A stretch of 64,000 bases of DNA, taken from the NCBI GenBank assembly GCA_036507075.1, contig DASXQR010000228.1:42098-106097 (forward strand), read 5' to 3'. How positions within the stretch are numbered: position 1 is the first letter of the stretch; each line of letters opens with the position of its first letter. The DNA is from Acidobacteriota bacterium. Its GTDB lineage: Bacteria; Acidobacteriota; UBA6911; JACQSX01. The notes beneath the pieces were generated by a model that saw only the letters and a program-made list of their open reading frames with translations, was not told where the DNA came from and ran no database searches. The translations under genes were made by a program, and so were the position numbers. Of the stretch, positions 27,214 through 37,730 are shown piece after piece.

Positions 27214-28206
27214 TCACTCATGTTTCTTTGACAATCCCAGAATCCTCGCCGCATTCCCCGATCGAATCATCTCCTTGTCCGCCTCGGAAATCGAAAGCGC
27301 GGCGATGCTCTCCTTCATCAAGGCCAGGCTGCCAATCTGATGCGGATAGTCGCTCCCTGCCAGCATGTGGTCGGCTCCGGCAAACCTGATCGCCAGCATC
27401 AGGGCGTTTACGTCGAAGTTTACCGTGTCGTAGTAGAAGGTCTTCAGATACTCGCTCGGCGCCCGATCGATGTAGGCGCGGCAATCCGAGAATGCGCAAT
27501 AACCGCGGTCGAGTCGCTCTGCCAGATACGGCACGGCCCCGCCCAGGTGCGCCAGCACCCAGGTGATTCGCGGGAACCGATGAACCACGCCGCTGAACAC
27601 GAGTTTTCCAGCCGCCAGCGTCGTGTCCATCAGGAAGCCAACCAATGGCATCAGCCAGTATTCGGTCATTGCTTCCACGCCGACCGGATGAATCGGATGG
27701 ATGTAAAGCACAGCTTCAAGCTCGTTCGCCTTTTCGTAGAGCGGCCAGTAGCGTTTATCGTCCAATCCCATACCGTTTACGTTGCTGAACAACATCGCGC
27801 CGCTAAAACCGAGACGTGTGACGGCTCGTTCGAGTTCTGCGACCGAACCTGCCGGCTCGTTCAGAGGAAGCGTGGCCAGCGCGGCAAAACGCCCTTTGCC
27901 GCTTGCCACGACCTCTGCGAACCGGTCGTTGACCATCTGCGCCAAAGCCACCGCGCGAGCGGGGGTCTCGATATGCGTTCCCGGTGAGGTGAACGTCAGG
28001 ACCTGCATGTCGACGGCTGTCTCCTCGAGTACCTGCCGCCGATACTCGATGTCGCGATGCCCGGGCACGACGATGTTGTAGTCGCCGGGATAATGCAGCC
28101 GCGGATTCCCTTCATCGTCGACAGTCAGCTTGACATTGGTGGGGCCTGCCCGCAGCGCCTCGAGATAGGCAGGCGGGTAGTAATGATTATGAAAGTCGAT
28201 GATCAT
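27214..28206 (-). CDS. Amidohydrolase_2 family (ACMSD-like decarboxylase/hydratase)
   Basis: IDFHNH, YIHP, AHLGGAVPY, FYYDT, GSDYPH. Confidence 0.9.
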   Translation of the reverse strand: MIIDFHNHYYPPAYLEALRAGPTNVKLTVDDEGNPRLHYPGDYNIVVPGHRDIEYRRQVLEETAVDMQVLTFTSPGTHIETPARAVALAQMVNDRFAEVVASGKGRFAALATLPLNEPAGSVAELERAVTRLGFSGAMLFSNVNGMGLDDKRYWPLYEKANELEAVLYIHPIHPVGVEAMTEYWLMPLVGFLMDTTLAAGKLVFSGVVHRFPRITWVLAHLGGAVPYLAERLDRGYCAFSDCRAYIDRAPSEYLKTFYYDTVNFDVNALMLAIRFAGADHMLAGSDYPHQIGSLALMKESIAALSISEADKEMIRSGNAARILGLSKKHE

Positions 28207-28240
28207 GAAGGTGGGCCTCAGTCATTAGTAGGCATTTGTT

Positions 28241-29548
28241 TTACGATTTTGCGCCCCAAAAATAATAAGCCGGCCAGCCCAGAGCGACCAAGCCCAGACC
28301 GATGGCGCTTTCCCGCGGATCCGATGCGATCTGATTCAACACGATGAACAACGACGCAACAATGAAGATAGCCGGCAAAACCGGATATCCCCATGTGCGG
28401 TACGCGGGGGCATAGTCGGGCCGCCGGCGCAGCAGGAAGAGTCCCAGCACCATTAATCCGAAGAATATCCACTCGGTATAAATGACTCGAGTGAAGAGTG
28501 CCCGGTAACTGCCCGTCGCCACCAGCATGGAAGCCCAGACGGCCTGCAGCATGATGGCTCGATGCGGTGTCTGAAAACGCGGATGCACTGCGGCGATCCA
28601 GGAAAACAGCACTCCGTCGCGCGCCATGGCAAAGTACACCCGAGGACCCGCCAGGACGATGCCGCTCAAGGCTCCAAATGTCGAAAAGATCACGAGCGCG
28701 GAAACGGCGCCACCGCCGCCCGTGCCGAAGAGAGTCTCAGCGGCGTCGGCTGCCACGCGCGTCGACGACACTACCTGCTCGAGCGGGAGCACGTGAAAGT
28801 AGGCCGCATTAAGCGCCACATAGCAGGCGGTGACCACCAGCGTTCCGATCATCAGCGCAAGCGGGATGGTCCGTTCAGGCCTGCGCGTTTCCCCGGCCGT
28901 GTAGGTGACCATGTGCCAGCCGCCGAACGCGAAAAGACCGGCGGCCACAGCGAGCGCGAACTTGTGAACAGGAATCCGGTGGCCGGCAGCGGCGCCCCCC
29001 GCAGACACGCCCGACGAGCCGAGTGTCAGAAGCAGGAGAATCGCCACGACCGCGATTCCCTTGCCGAGAGTGAAAAGCGCTTGCACCCTGCTTCCCTGCT
29101 TCACCCCGGCGTAGTTTATGCCCGAAAGCACCAGAATTCCGCCGATGGCGACGAGACGGGCGCCGATTTCATCAAGCCGGACAAAATACCCCACGTAACG
29201 AGCAAAGATGACCGCGATGGCCGCGATGATGCCCGTGTGCATGCTCCAAAACATCGCCCAGCCCCACAGAAAACCCAGCGCCGGCGAATAAGTCTCCCTG
29301 AGAAATACATAAACGCCACCCGTTTGGGGAAAAGCCGACGCCAGCTCGGCACAGGCGAGCGCGCCGCAGAATGTCAGCAATCCGGCGACGGCCCACGCCA
29401 GGAACACGCCGGTTATGGAAGGAACCTGTCGCGTGATTTCGGAGGGCTGGACAAAGATCGATGCCCCGATGATGGTTCCCACCACCATCGCCGTCGCATG
29501 CCCGAGACCCATCACGCGTTTGAGTTCTGTCAGGCGAGTACCATCCAT
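28241..29548 (-). CDS. APC family amino acid permease
   Basis: GTIIGASIF, AELAS.FPQTGGVY, FAFGGW, PRVYFAMARDG. Confidence 0.92.
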   Translation of the reverse strand: MDGTRLTELKRVMGLGHATAMVVGTIIGASIFVQPSEITRQVPSITGVFLAWAVAGLLTFCGALACAELASAFPQTGGVYVFLRETYSPALGFLWGWAMFWSMHTGIIAAIAVIFARYVGYFVRLDEIGARLVAIGGILVLSGINYAGVKQGSRVQALFTLGKGIAVVAILLLLTLGSSGVSAGGAAAGHRIPVHKFALAVAAGLFAFGGWHMVTYTAGETRRPERTIPLALMIGTLVVTACYVALNAAYFHVLPLEQVVSSTRVAADAAETLFGTGGGGAVSALVIFSTFGALSGIVLAGPRVYFAMARDGVLFSWIAAVHPRFQTPHRAIMLQAVWASMLVATGSYRALFTRVIYTEWIFFGLMVLGLFLLRRRPDYAPAYRTWGYPVLPAIFIVASLFIVLNQIASDPRESAIGLGLVALGWPAYYFWGAKS

Positions 29549-30204
29549 GCCGCCAGCGCCGCCGCTTTCTCCTCGGCCCGCCACCGGCCTCCGAGTGGTG
29601 ATCCAAGCGCGGTCACGTCCTTCTTCAATTTGAGTTCAGGCGTTCGCAGGTTCTGCGACGCTCTGGTAAGAAGTTGCCTTTCGACTGTGACCGTTGTCGC
29701 CAGGCCGGCATTCCTGCCGGCGTTTTCAATCACCACACGAAACAATCGACCCTCCTCGGCGTGCGCGCGAATGTGCTCGTTGTGGATGGTTGCCGGATCG
29801 ACTTGACTTCCCACCACAAGCCCTATTCCCAGAACGCGATATCCGGCGTCGTGGTACTGGGTAAGAAGTTCCGCCACGGCGCGACTTCCAAAGCGCTCGA
29901 CAATTTTGACCAGTCGCGCAACTGCCTTGACCCCATCCCCCGCCGGCAGATCGAGAGCCGCGTGGTACGGCTGGCATGATGCCGGAATTGCGGGATCGGA
30001 AAGCTGGACTACGCGACGATCAATAACCTTTGGCGCTTCCATCGGGCCGCCAAGCAGGACGGCGGTCGCCCAACCTGATTTCACGCGAAACCCGACCGCT
30101 GTTGTTTCCAAAGGGCCTCCTGAATCCCCATAAGATAAAGCAGCATACTTGAACAAAACAAAATTCACTACAAAGGTACAAAGAACACATGGAAATTTTT
30201 TCAT
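29530..30204 (-). CDS. Hypothetical protein
   Basis: Long ORF overlapping the permease start; core begins near TAVGFRVKSGWA (true start probably near 30111; upstream part is repeat-derived). Confidence 0.6.
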   Translation of the reverse strand: MKKFPCVLCTFVVNFVLFKYAALSYGDSGGPLETTAVGFRVKSGWATAVLLGGPMEAPKVIDRRVVQLSDPAIPASCQPYHAALDLPAGDGVKAVARLVKIVERFGSRAVAELLTQYHDAGYRVLGIGLVVGSQVDPATIHNEHIRAHAEEGRLFRVVIENAGRNAGLATTVTVERQLLTRASQNLRTPELKLKKDVTALGSPLGGRWRAEEKAAALAAWMVLA

Positions 30205-30454
30205 ACATGCTCAAAGTGCCGCAAGACGGAGAATACAGTTCTGGCAAGCAATTACGTTCCATTTGTCCGCTCTTGGCGTCCATTGTTGCAGGACCGCTGC
30301 CCGTCCCTTTGAGTTCCATTACTCTCAGACGATGCTAGACTGATTTTGTAAGCTCTAAAGTGCGGCAGTAACGAGGCAGCGTGCCAAAATTGATTCGGGG
30401 ATATTCAGGAGATCTGGCCGACTTCCGCGCTCCTTTGATCCGGCTGTTAGGATT

Positions 30455-30754
30455 ATGCAAAGAGAAGAACTCGAACAAATTGAACAATACATCATCGACT
30501 TCTTTGGCAGGCGAAAGACAACGCGATTGCTTACAAAAGAGATCTTCGCCGGTGCGGTTGCTTACACAAGTGCAGATCTGGTGAGGGCGTTTGTAGAGCT
30601 GGAAAAGAAATGGCGGCTGCTGGTCAGATATACCGACGCAGGAAATGACTGGGTGCGCCTGACGCCGGAAGGCGCCAGAAGCGTCGGTCTCGACGAAACC
30701 AAGACTACCGTCAAGCGCGGAAGATTGCCTCATCCGCCAAAAGGCGCACCCTGA
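30455..30754 (+). CDS. Hypothetical protein (winged-helix-like)
   Basis: 99 aa; helix pattern ending in VRLTPEG, typical of a wHTH wing. Confidence 0.55.
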   Translation: MQREELEQIEQYIIDFFGRRKTTRLLTKEIFAGAVAYTSADLVRAFVELEKKWRLLVRYTDAGNDWVRLTPEGARSVGLDETKTTVKRGRLPHPPKGAP

Positions 30755-30778
30755 TCGTCTACGAGCCAATTAATTTTT

Positions 30779-30989
30779 TCACCACAGAGGCACAACCCGG
30801 CCGTAGGCCGCAACCAAAAAGCCGTCCACGTTCACGAGCACGTCCACGTCAACGACCACGTCTCAGGTCAACAAGCACGACAACATACAGACAGCCCTTC
30901 AGTTCTGCGCAGTCTCTGACCAACCGAGGGAAGTCGTAAACGTAATCGTGGACGTTGACCTGGACGTGCTCGTGAACGTGAACGGCTTT
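30779..30989. mobile_element. MITE-like element, copy of 20564-20813 lacking the outer right arm
   Basis: Shares arms and interior (TTCTGCGCAGTCTCTGACCAACCGAGGGAAGTCGTAAACGTAATCGTGGACG). Confidence 0.75.
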
Positions 30990-31023
30990 GAAAAAATTTG
31001 CCAAAAAAAAACGTGGCATTCTT

Positions 31024-31494
31024 TCACTCCAGACTCTGCTCTCTGATCGGTAAGTCCCAGTGCGCGGTCAGGATTTCGAAACGCCTCTGCTCTTCTCGTT
31101 GAAACGCTTCACGGTCGGGAAAGAGCTGCCTGATGATCGGTTCCGGATCGTAATTGTCATTGGCTACAAGAAAGTTTTTCCACACGATCGTCACCCGATA
31201 ATCCCAGCGCCCCTCTTCAGTCATGTGGTAGCGTGGAGCCACGGCAGTCACTTTCAGAATGCGGCCTGCCTCGATCTGTTTCTTGAGCACCGGATAGTGA
31301 TTCTTCTTGAAGAGGCGAATGAACTCGTCGGCGTGTCCCCAACTGGCCTTGTAGTAATACTCCACAACAAAGGGCTGCTCGGCTGGTGCCTGTGCCCAGG
31401 CCCGAGGGCCTGGCGGCTGGCACAGAGCCAGGATCGTTGCGGCAGCCGCCCCAAAGTATAAGATTCTGGCGGCTGAATTGGTTTGCTGGTTCAT
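31024..31494 (-). CDS. Secreted hypothetical protein (NIPSNAP-like)
   Basis: AAGGAG RBS, signal peptide, EYYYKASWGHADEF, WDYRVTI, AHWDLP. Confidence 0.7.
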   Translation of the reverse strand: MNQQTNSAARILYFGAAAATILALCQPPGPRAWAQAPAEQPFVVEYYYKASWGHADEFIRLFKKNHYPVLKKQIEAGRILKVTAVAPRYHMTEEGRWDYRVTIVWKNFLVANDNYDPEPIIRQLFPDREAFQREEQRRFEILTAHWDLPIREQSLE

Positions 31495-31556
31495 AACGCT
31501 CCTTCCCGCTGGACCTCGGAATACCGAGGGTCCTGCCAGTACTTAAATTCGAAAGG

Positions 31557-31880
31557 TTAGAGCCCTAGTACTTTCTTGATCCCTTCTTCAATCTTCGCAA
31601 GATCTGTCGCTTGCACGCGGCCAATTCGTTTCTTCAGTCGGGATTTGTGTACCGGTCCCAGCGATTCGCACTTGGCATGGCTCTTTGTTTTCAAGCCCGT
31701 CAGGGCCGGCTGGTCAGCTAGAAGCACTCGAAGCGGGCCTGCCTTTGTTGTGATAGGAACCAGGAGCACATCAGGACAAAGATCGTTGATCGGATTGATA
31801 CTGATAACCAGGGCGGGCCGGGGCTTGGGGTGTCCCAAAGGTTGGATGATCCAGATTTCCCCACGGTTTATTCGCTCCAC
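31557..31880 (-). CDS. Type II toxin, PemK/MazF family
   Basis: RGEIW, KPRPALVIS, VLLVPITT, GL...S.A.CE, KSRL..RIG; GTG start overlaps the antitoxin stop. Confidence 0.88.
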   Translation of the reverse strand: MERINRGEIWIIQPLGHPKPRPALVISINPINDLCPDVLLVPITTKAGPLRVLLADQPALTGLKTKSHAKCESLGPVHKSRLKKRIGRVQATDLAKIEEGIKKVLGL

Positions 31881-32098
31881 ATGGCCTCGGCCACCGTGCG
31901 TTCCCACACTTCGCGTTCAATTTGCTCGTCTTCACTTTCTCGATACACGTCAAGCTGCTTACGCAGTTTTTTCTCTTCTTCCAGTTTCTTAAACTTTTCC
32001 AATATCCGTTCCAACTTCTCCGACCGTGTTTCACCCGGCAGCGAATCAAGGAAATCCAGCAGTGGTTCGGCTATCGTGGCTGAAAGCTTTCCCTTCAC
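31868..32098 (-). CDS. Putative antitoxin (ribbon-helix-helix-like)
   Basis: KLSATI strand, TRSEKLERIL helix, acidic C-terminus; GGAGG RBS before GTG; overlaps toxin. Confidence 0.72.
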   Translation of the reverse strand: MKGKLSATIAEPLLDFLDSLPGETRSEKLERILEKFKKLEEEKKLRKQLDVYRESEDEQIEREVWERTVAEAMWSE

Positions 32099-32136
32099 TC
32101 TCGCTATCCTCCAAGTTATCTTATCCTCTATCTGAC

Positions 32137-32165
32137 ACATTATATTCTTTTGAAGATTATGTCAA
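32137..32165 (-). promoter_or_regulatory. Sigma70 promoter of the TA operon
   Basis: TTGACA-N17-TAATGT (overlapping a TATAAT at N15), flanked by a TGACA/TGTCA inverted repeat. Confidence 0.65.
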
Positions 32166-32221
32166 TATTGTGACCGGTACTTCCAATTCTGATTGCGCGG
32201 ATCCCGCGTTCGGTATTCCGG

Positions 32222-33622
32222 TCATTGCCAACCACCTCCGAGCGCCCGGTAGAGTTGCACGACCGCCAGCAACTGCTCGCGACGAAGCTGTGCGAGCGCC
32301 AGCTCACCTTGGAACAGGTTACGCTGGGCGTCGAGCACCTGAAGATAGCTGTCCAGTCCACCCTGATAGCGAAGAAGAGAAAGACGGTTCGACTCGCGCA
32401 GCGCAGCGACCAGGAGTCGCTGCTGCTCCAGTTGCTCGGTGGTCTTGTGAAATGAGACCAGAGCATCCGAAACTTCACCGAATGCTGTCTGGATCGTTTT
32501 TTCGTAGCTTACCAAAGCCTCTCGCTTGACGGCCTCAGTCAGCTTGACCGTGGATCGCACCCGTCCCGCATTGAACACCGGAAGGCCGGCTACCGGATTG
32601 AAATTCCACTGTCGGCCCGGGCCGGTAAACAGGTCCGTCAATGCGCGGCTCTGTCCACCTAGAAAACCGGTGAGCGAGATCTGTGGAAAGTAGAGCGCTC
32701 GAGCGGCGCCGATCTGAGCGTTGGCGGCAATCAGCATCTGTTCCGCCTGTCGTATATCGGGCCGCCTCGTGAGCAGAGTGGAAGGAAGCCCGGCCGGTAC
32801 CTGAGCGGGCGCTGTCAATCGATCGAGTCTCCTTCCGCGAGGGACATCGCCGGGCGGCTGGCCAAGCAGAACGCTCAGGGAATTCTCCACCTGGGTGATG
32901 GCGCGTTCCGACGCCGCGATCTGAGCTGTGGCTGTATGCAGGAGCTGTTGGGCCTGATGCACGTCCAGACCGGTTGCGACACCGCGGTCACGACGCAGGC
33001 TTGTGAGCCGCAGGCTGTCTTCGGCGACATCGCGTGTCTTACGGGCGATCTCGAGTTCGAGATCGAGCTCGCGAAGCCTGAAGTATCCCGTCGTGATATC
33101 AGCCAGCAGCGTGGTAGTCACTCCACGCTGCGCCTCCTCAGTGGCAAGGTACTGGGCGCGTGCGGATTCTTTCAGCCGCCTCAGCCGCCCCCAGACATCG
33201 AGCTCCCAGCCGAGGCTGAAGCCCACCTGCGTGTAGCTGACATCCAGGTTGGTACCTCTGGGCACCAATTGGTTCGCGCCGATCTGGGAGTTTCGATTCG
33301 CGGAAAACCGGCCATTGACCTCAAGTGTCGGCAGCAAATCGGAGCGTGTGATTCCCAATTGCGCTCGTGCCTGTAGCACGCGCTCGGCGGCGATTCTAAA
33401 ATCGTAGTTCCGCTTGAGAGCGGTGCTCAGGAGTTCGGTCAAGACTGGATCCTGAAAAAGGTCGGCCCACTTTGTATCCGCCAGCGAAGTCTCGCCTGCT
33501 GTCGCATCCGCGCCGCGAAATGTCGGCGGCATCTCGACCGTAGGACGTCGGTAGTTTGGCCCCATGGCACAGCCGAACAAAAGCAGAGTGCCTGCGACCA
33601 GAACAGTTACTTTGTACCTCAT
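32222..33622 (-). CDS. RND efflux outer membrane lipoprotein (NodT/OprM family)
   Basis: LLFGC lipobox, WELDVWGRLRR, LLTRRPDIRQAE, LYRALGGGW. Confidence 0.93.
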   Translation of the reverse strand: MRYKVTVLVAGTLLLFGCAMGPNYRRPTVEMPPTFRGADATAGETSLADTKWADLFQDPVLTELLSTALKRNYDFRIAAERVLQARAQLGITRSDLLPTLEVNGRFSANRNSQIGANQLVPRGTNLDVSYTQVGFSLGWELDVWGRLRRLKESARAQYLATEEAQRGVTTTLLADITTGYFRLRELDLELEIARKTRDVAEDSLRLTSLRRDRGVATGLDVHQAQQLLHTATAQIAASERAITQVENSLSVLLGQPPGDVPRGRRLDRLTAPAQVPAGLPSTLLTRRPDIRQAEQMLIAANAQIGAARALYFPQISLTGFLGGQSRALTDLFTGPGRQWNFNPVAGLPVFNAGRVRSTVKLTEAVKREALVSYEKTIQTAFGEVSDALVSFHKTTEQLEQQRLLVAALRESNRLSLLRYQGGLDSYLQVLDAQRNLFQGELALAQLRREQLLAVVQLYRALGGGWQ

Positions 33623-33646
33623 CGTTTCACCTCTGAGGGTATTTCT

Positions 33647-36600
33647 TCATGTGTTGCCAACCGGACTCGTCTGGACCGCCCGCGGCGCTGCCTGACGACG
33701 CTCGGCAACTCGCTGCGTCACGACGTATAGAACCGGCACAAAGAAAACCGCAAGCAGCGTGGCGGCTGTCATCCCCGAGAACACCGTCGTGCCGAGCGCG
33801 CGCCGCGATGCAGCGCCGGCTCCGGTTGCCACCAGCAGCGGGGAAACGCCCAGAATGAACGCCAGCGATGTCATGATGATCGGCCGCAGCCGCAACTGGG
33901 CGGCTTCCAGCGCTGCCTTTACCAGCGGCATGCCGCTCTCACGCCGCAGCTTTGCAAATTCGACGATCAGAATCGCGTTCTTCGAGGCCAGACCAATCAG
34001 GGTGACGATACCGATCTGCGTGTAAACATCGTAAGCATAGGAACGAACCAGTACGCCAGTCAGAGCGCCGAACAAACCCAGTGGCACCGCCAGCACCACG
34101 GCAAATGGAATCACCCAACTCTCATATTGGGCGGCGAGGAACAGGAACACGAGCACCGCGGCAAATCCGAAAATGAAGCCTTCCTTGCCTTCAGACACCT
34201 TCTGCTGGAAGACTGTTCCGCTCCACTCGAAGCCAAATCCGGAAGGCAGGTTTTGTCGCGCAACCTGTTCCATGGCCTCCGCGGACTGGCCGGAGCTGAA
34301 GCCGGGAGCTGTCTGCCCGATGAGTTGTGCTGTGCGATACCTATTGAACCGGTAGATCACGTCCGGAGCCGTCGTCGCATTCATCTTTACCAGGGTGCTC
34401 AGCGGGACCATGTCGTTGTCAGCATTGCGAACATAGAACCGGTTCACTGCGTCCGGACGATTGCGATACTCAGGCTCCGCCTGCATGATCACTCTCCACG
34501 TGCGGCCAAAACGATTGAAGTCATTGATGTACAGGCCACCCAGAAAAGTCTGCAACGAATCATAGACATCCGTTGTTGGGATGCCGAGCGTTTGCGCCTT
34601 CTCGTCGTCCAGATCGACGCGGTAACTCGGTACCGCAACGCGAAAGGTGTTGGCTACGAGACCAAGTGCCGGTTGAGCGCGAGCGGCGTTTACCACTGCT
34701 TGCGCAGCATCGGCTAGTTGACTGACATCTCGCCCGGCGCGGTCTTCGAGCATGAACTCAAACCCACCCGAGGTTCCGAGGCCCAGAATTGGAGGCAGCC
34801 CGAAGCCGAACGCGAAGGCCTCCGGCACCTGGCTGACGCGAGCGTTTACCTGGCGGAGGATACTCGTGAACTGCAAGTGATGCGCTTTTCTATCTTCCCA
34901 CGGCGCCAGGACCGCGATGATAGTTGAGACATTCGAGCCGTTTGTCCGGGTTGTGATGTCCAGTCCACCGAGAATCGTGGTGTCCTGCACCCCCGGTATT
35001 GACAGAACAATGTTCTCGACCTCCGCCGTAACTTTCTCGTTTCGTTCCAGGGAAGCGCTGTCGGGAAGCCGCACCAGTACGAAGATCACACCCTGGTCCT
35101 CATCTGGGAGAAAGCCTGTGGGCACTACTTTGAACAAACCGCCGACAGCCACGTAGAACACAACCAGGATAGAGAGCGACAACGCCACTTTCCGGATGAA
35201 GGTCCGAGCTCCTGAAAGATATTGATGAGTCATCCAGTCAAAACCGCGGTTGAACAAGCCGAAGAATCGGCCCAGCATTCCTGCCGTCGTCTTTTGCGGC
35301 CGGAGAATCATGGCGCTCAGCGCGGGGCTGAGCGAGAGGGCGCTGAAAGCCGAGATTAGAACCGACGCCGCAATCGTCAGGGCAAACTGGCGGTAAATCT
35401 GGCCGCTGATTCCGCCGAGAAAAGCGACCGGAATGAAAACGGCGCTCAGAATCATTGCGATCGCCACCACCGGCCCCGACACTTCGCTCATCGCCTCGAT
35501 CGTGGCTTCGCGTGGTTTCATTCCTTTGTCGATCTTGTGTTGGACCGCCTCGACCACCACGATCGCGTCATCGACAACAATACCGATTGCCAGTACCAGC
35601 CCAAACATGCTGGTCATGTTGATCGAGAAACCGAGCAGCGGGAACAGCGCAAACGTGCCGATGATCGCCACTGGAACTGTCAGCAGCGGGATCAGCGTTG
35701 CGCGCCAGCTCTGCAGGAAGATAAATACGACGATGACCACTAATACCACCGCGATGAACAATGTCACGAGGACTTCGGTAATGGCGGATCGAACGAACTT
35801 GGTCGCGTCGTAACCTACCTTGTATTGGATGCCGGCCGGGAAGTTCTGCTTAGCCTCGTTGAGGAAAGCCAGCACGCGATTGGATGTATCCACGGCATTC
35901 GCCCCCGGCGAGAGGTAAACAATGATAACGGCGGCAGGCTTCTTTGTGATTCTGCTGAAGGACTTGTAATCCTGAGCGCCAAGCTCTACCCGTCCGATAT
36001 CGCGCAGTCTCAGCAGCGAGCCGTCAGGTCGGGCGCGCAGAATAATGTCGGAGAACTGCTCCGCGTCCAGCAGCCGCCCGCCGGCGGTCACTGGATACTG
36101 AAAGTCAGTACCCATCGGAGAAGGCGGCTGGCCGATTGCGCCCGCCGGGTTCTGCCGGTTCTGTGCTTGAATCGCGCGGTTCACATCGGTGGCGGTCAAA
36201 CCCAGCTTTGCCATTTTGTCCGGGTTGATCCATATGCGCATGCCATAATCCTGCGCAGCCGCCAATCGCACGTCACCGACCCCGGGAATGCTGCCGATCT
36301 TATCGATCAAATTTATCGTGGCGTAGTTACTTAAAAACAGGGCGTCATACCGGTCGTCTGTTGCTGAAACGCCGATAGCTAACAGAAACGCTGACGATAC
36401 TTTCTTTACTGTGACGCCGACGCGCTGAACCTCAGGAGGGAGCGAAGGCAAAGCCAGATTGACCTTGTTCTGCGTCTTGACGGTCGCCAGGTCGATGTCA
36501 GTGCCCAACTCGAAAGTCACATCGATCGTCAGCACGCCGTCGTTGGAGCTGCGAGAGAAGAAGTAGAGCATGCCGTCCAGACCGATAAGCTGCTGCTCGA

Positions 36601-36793
36601 TCGGCTGGGCGACGGTCTTCTCCAGGTCCTGTGCATTTCCGCCACGGTAGTTGGCGATGATCTGCACGACAGGAGGAACGACCTCAGGATAGGTCGCCAC
36701 GGGCAGGCTCGGAATGGCGACGGTTCCCAGGATCACAATCACGATCGCGATGACGATCGCGAACACGGGACGATCAATGAAGAATCTGGCCAT
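33647..36793 (-). CDS. RND efflux permease (HAE1/AcrB family)
   Basis: FFIDRPVFA, GIVVDDAIVVVE, KNAILIVEFA, RLRPIIMTS. Confidence 0.96.
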   Translation of the reverse strand: MARFFIDRPVFAIVIAIVIVILGTVAIPSLPVATYPEVVPPVVQIIANYRGGNAQDLEKTVAQPIEQQLIGLDGMLYFFSRSSNDGVLTIDVTFELGTDIDLATVKTQNKVNLALPSLPPEVQRVGVTVKKVSSAFLLAIGVSATDDRYDALFLSNYATINLIDKIGSIPGVGDVRLAAAQDYGMRIWINPDKMAKLGLTATDVNRAIQAQNRQNPAGAIGQPPSPMGTDFQYPVTAGGRLLDAEQFSDIILRARPDGSLLRLRDIGRVELGAQDYKSFSRITKKPAAVIIVYLSPGANAVDTSNRVLAFLNEAKQNFPAGIQYKVGYDATKFVRSAITEVLVTLFIAVVLVVIVVFIFLQSWRATLIPLLTVPVAIIGTFALFPLLGFSINMTSMFGLVLAIGIVVDDAIVVVEAVQHKIDKGMKPREATIEAMSEVSGPVVAIAMILSAVFIPVAFLGGISGQIYRQFALTIAASVLISAFSALSLSPALSAMILRPQKTTAGMLGRFFGLFNRGFDWMTHQYLSGARTFIRKVALSLSILVVFYVAVGGLFKVVPTGFLPDEDQGVIFVLVRLPDSASLERNEKVTAEVENIVLSIPGVQDTTILGGLDITTRTNGSNVSTIIAVLAPWEDRKAHHLQFTSILRQVNARVSQVPEAFAFGFGLPPILGLGTSGGFEFMLEDRAGRDVSQLADAAQAVVNAARAQPALGLVANTFRVAVPSYRVDLDDEKAQTLGIPTTDVYDSLQTFLGGLYINDFNRFGRTWRVIMQAEPEYRNRPDAVNRFYVRNADNDMVPLSTLVKMNATTAPDVIYRFNRYRTAQLIGQTAPGFSSGQSAEAMEQVARQNLPSGFGFEWSGTVFQQKVSEGKEGFIFGFAAVLVFLFLAAQYESWVIPFAVVLAVPLGLFGALTGVLVRSYAYDVYTQIGIVTLIGLASKNAILIVEFAKLRRESGMPLVKAALEAAQLRLRPIIMTSLAFILGVSPLLVATGAGAASRRALGTTVFSGMTAATLLAVFFVPVLYVVTQRVAERRQAAPRAVQTSPVGNT

Positions 36794-36879
36794 GGGTCAC
36801 CGCCCCTTCTCCGATTTCGGAATTCGGAATGCGGAATGCGGAATGGCAGATACATGATTCATACTATTTCTCCTTCCGC

Positions 36880-37620
36880 TCACATCACCACGCCGCCGCC
36901 GGCATGGATATTCTGGCCTGTGAGCCAACGCCCCTGGTCGCTCACCAGGAACGCCACTACGTCTGCAATGTCCTGAGCTGTGCCCAATCGTTTCAGCGGT
37001 GACATCTGAGTACCCAACTCCGCGAACTGCGGGCCACCCCCGCGGAGCATGTCCGTATCGGTGAAGCCCGGGGAGACGGTATTCACCGTCACCCCGCGCG
37101 GCGCGAGCTCATACGCGAGTCCCCTGGTAAACTGCTCCAGTGCCCCTTTGCTCCCCAGGTAGGCCGTCGCCCCTGGAAATCCCAAGTGAGTCCCGTCCGT
37201 CGAGATATTCACAATACGCCCACCATCGCTGATCACCCGTGCGGCTTCCTGCATCGCGAAGTAGGGGCCTTTGGCATTCAGCGCGAAGATTCGGTCGAAG
37301 TCCTCCTCCGTCGTTTCCGCTAACGCCTTCCCGATGAACATGCCGGCGTTGTTGACAAGAATATCCAGCCGCCCGAATCTCTTTATCGCCTCCGCAACCA
37401 GCCGGCGGGCATCGGCGATCGTACTCATATCGGCCTGGATCGCGACGGCCTTTGCGCCTCTGGCTTCGATGTCTGCAACAACCTGTTTAGCCTTGTCGGC
37501 GCTCTTGCCATAATTCACGACGACGGAGGCGCTCTCCTGAGCGAGCCGTTGCGCGATGGCGCGCCCGATCCCATTGGAGGCTCCTGTTACAATCGAGACT
37601 CTTCCCTTGAGTGTTGCCAT
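36880..37620 (-). CDS. SDR family oxidoreductase
   Basis: TGASNGIG, NNAG, YLGSK catalytic motif. Confidence 0.93.
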   Translation of the reverse strand: MATLKGRVSIVTGASNGIGRAIAQRLAQESASVVVNYGKSADKAKQVVADIEARGAKAVAIQADMSTIADARRLVAEAIKRFGRLDILVNNAGMFIGKALAETTEEDFDRIFALNAKGPYFAMQEAARVISDGGRIVNISTDGTHLGFPGATAYLGSKGALEQFTRGLAYELAPRGVTVNTVSPGFTDTDMLRGGGPQFAELGTQMSPLKRLGTAQDIADVVAFLVSDQGRWLTGQNIHAGGGVVM

Positions 37621-37730
37621 CTCTTTCTCCTCTTCTCAGCATTGGCGAAGCTCTGCTTCGCCGTTCAGTCCATGTTTCTCGAACTGCGAGGCTATGCCTC
37701 GCCTGGGCGCAGCAGAGCTGCGCCTCACCT

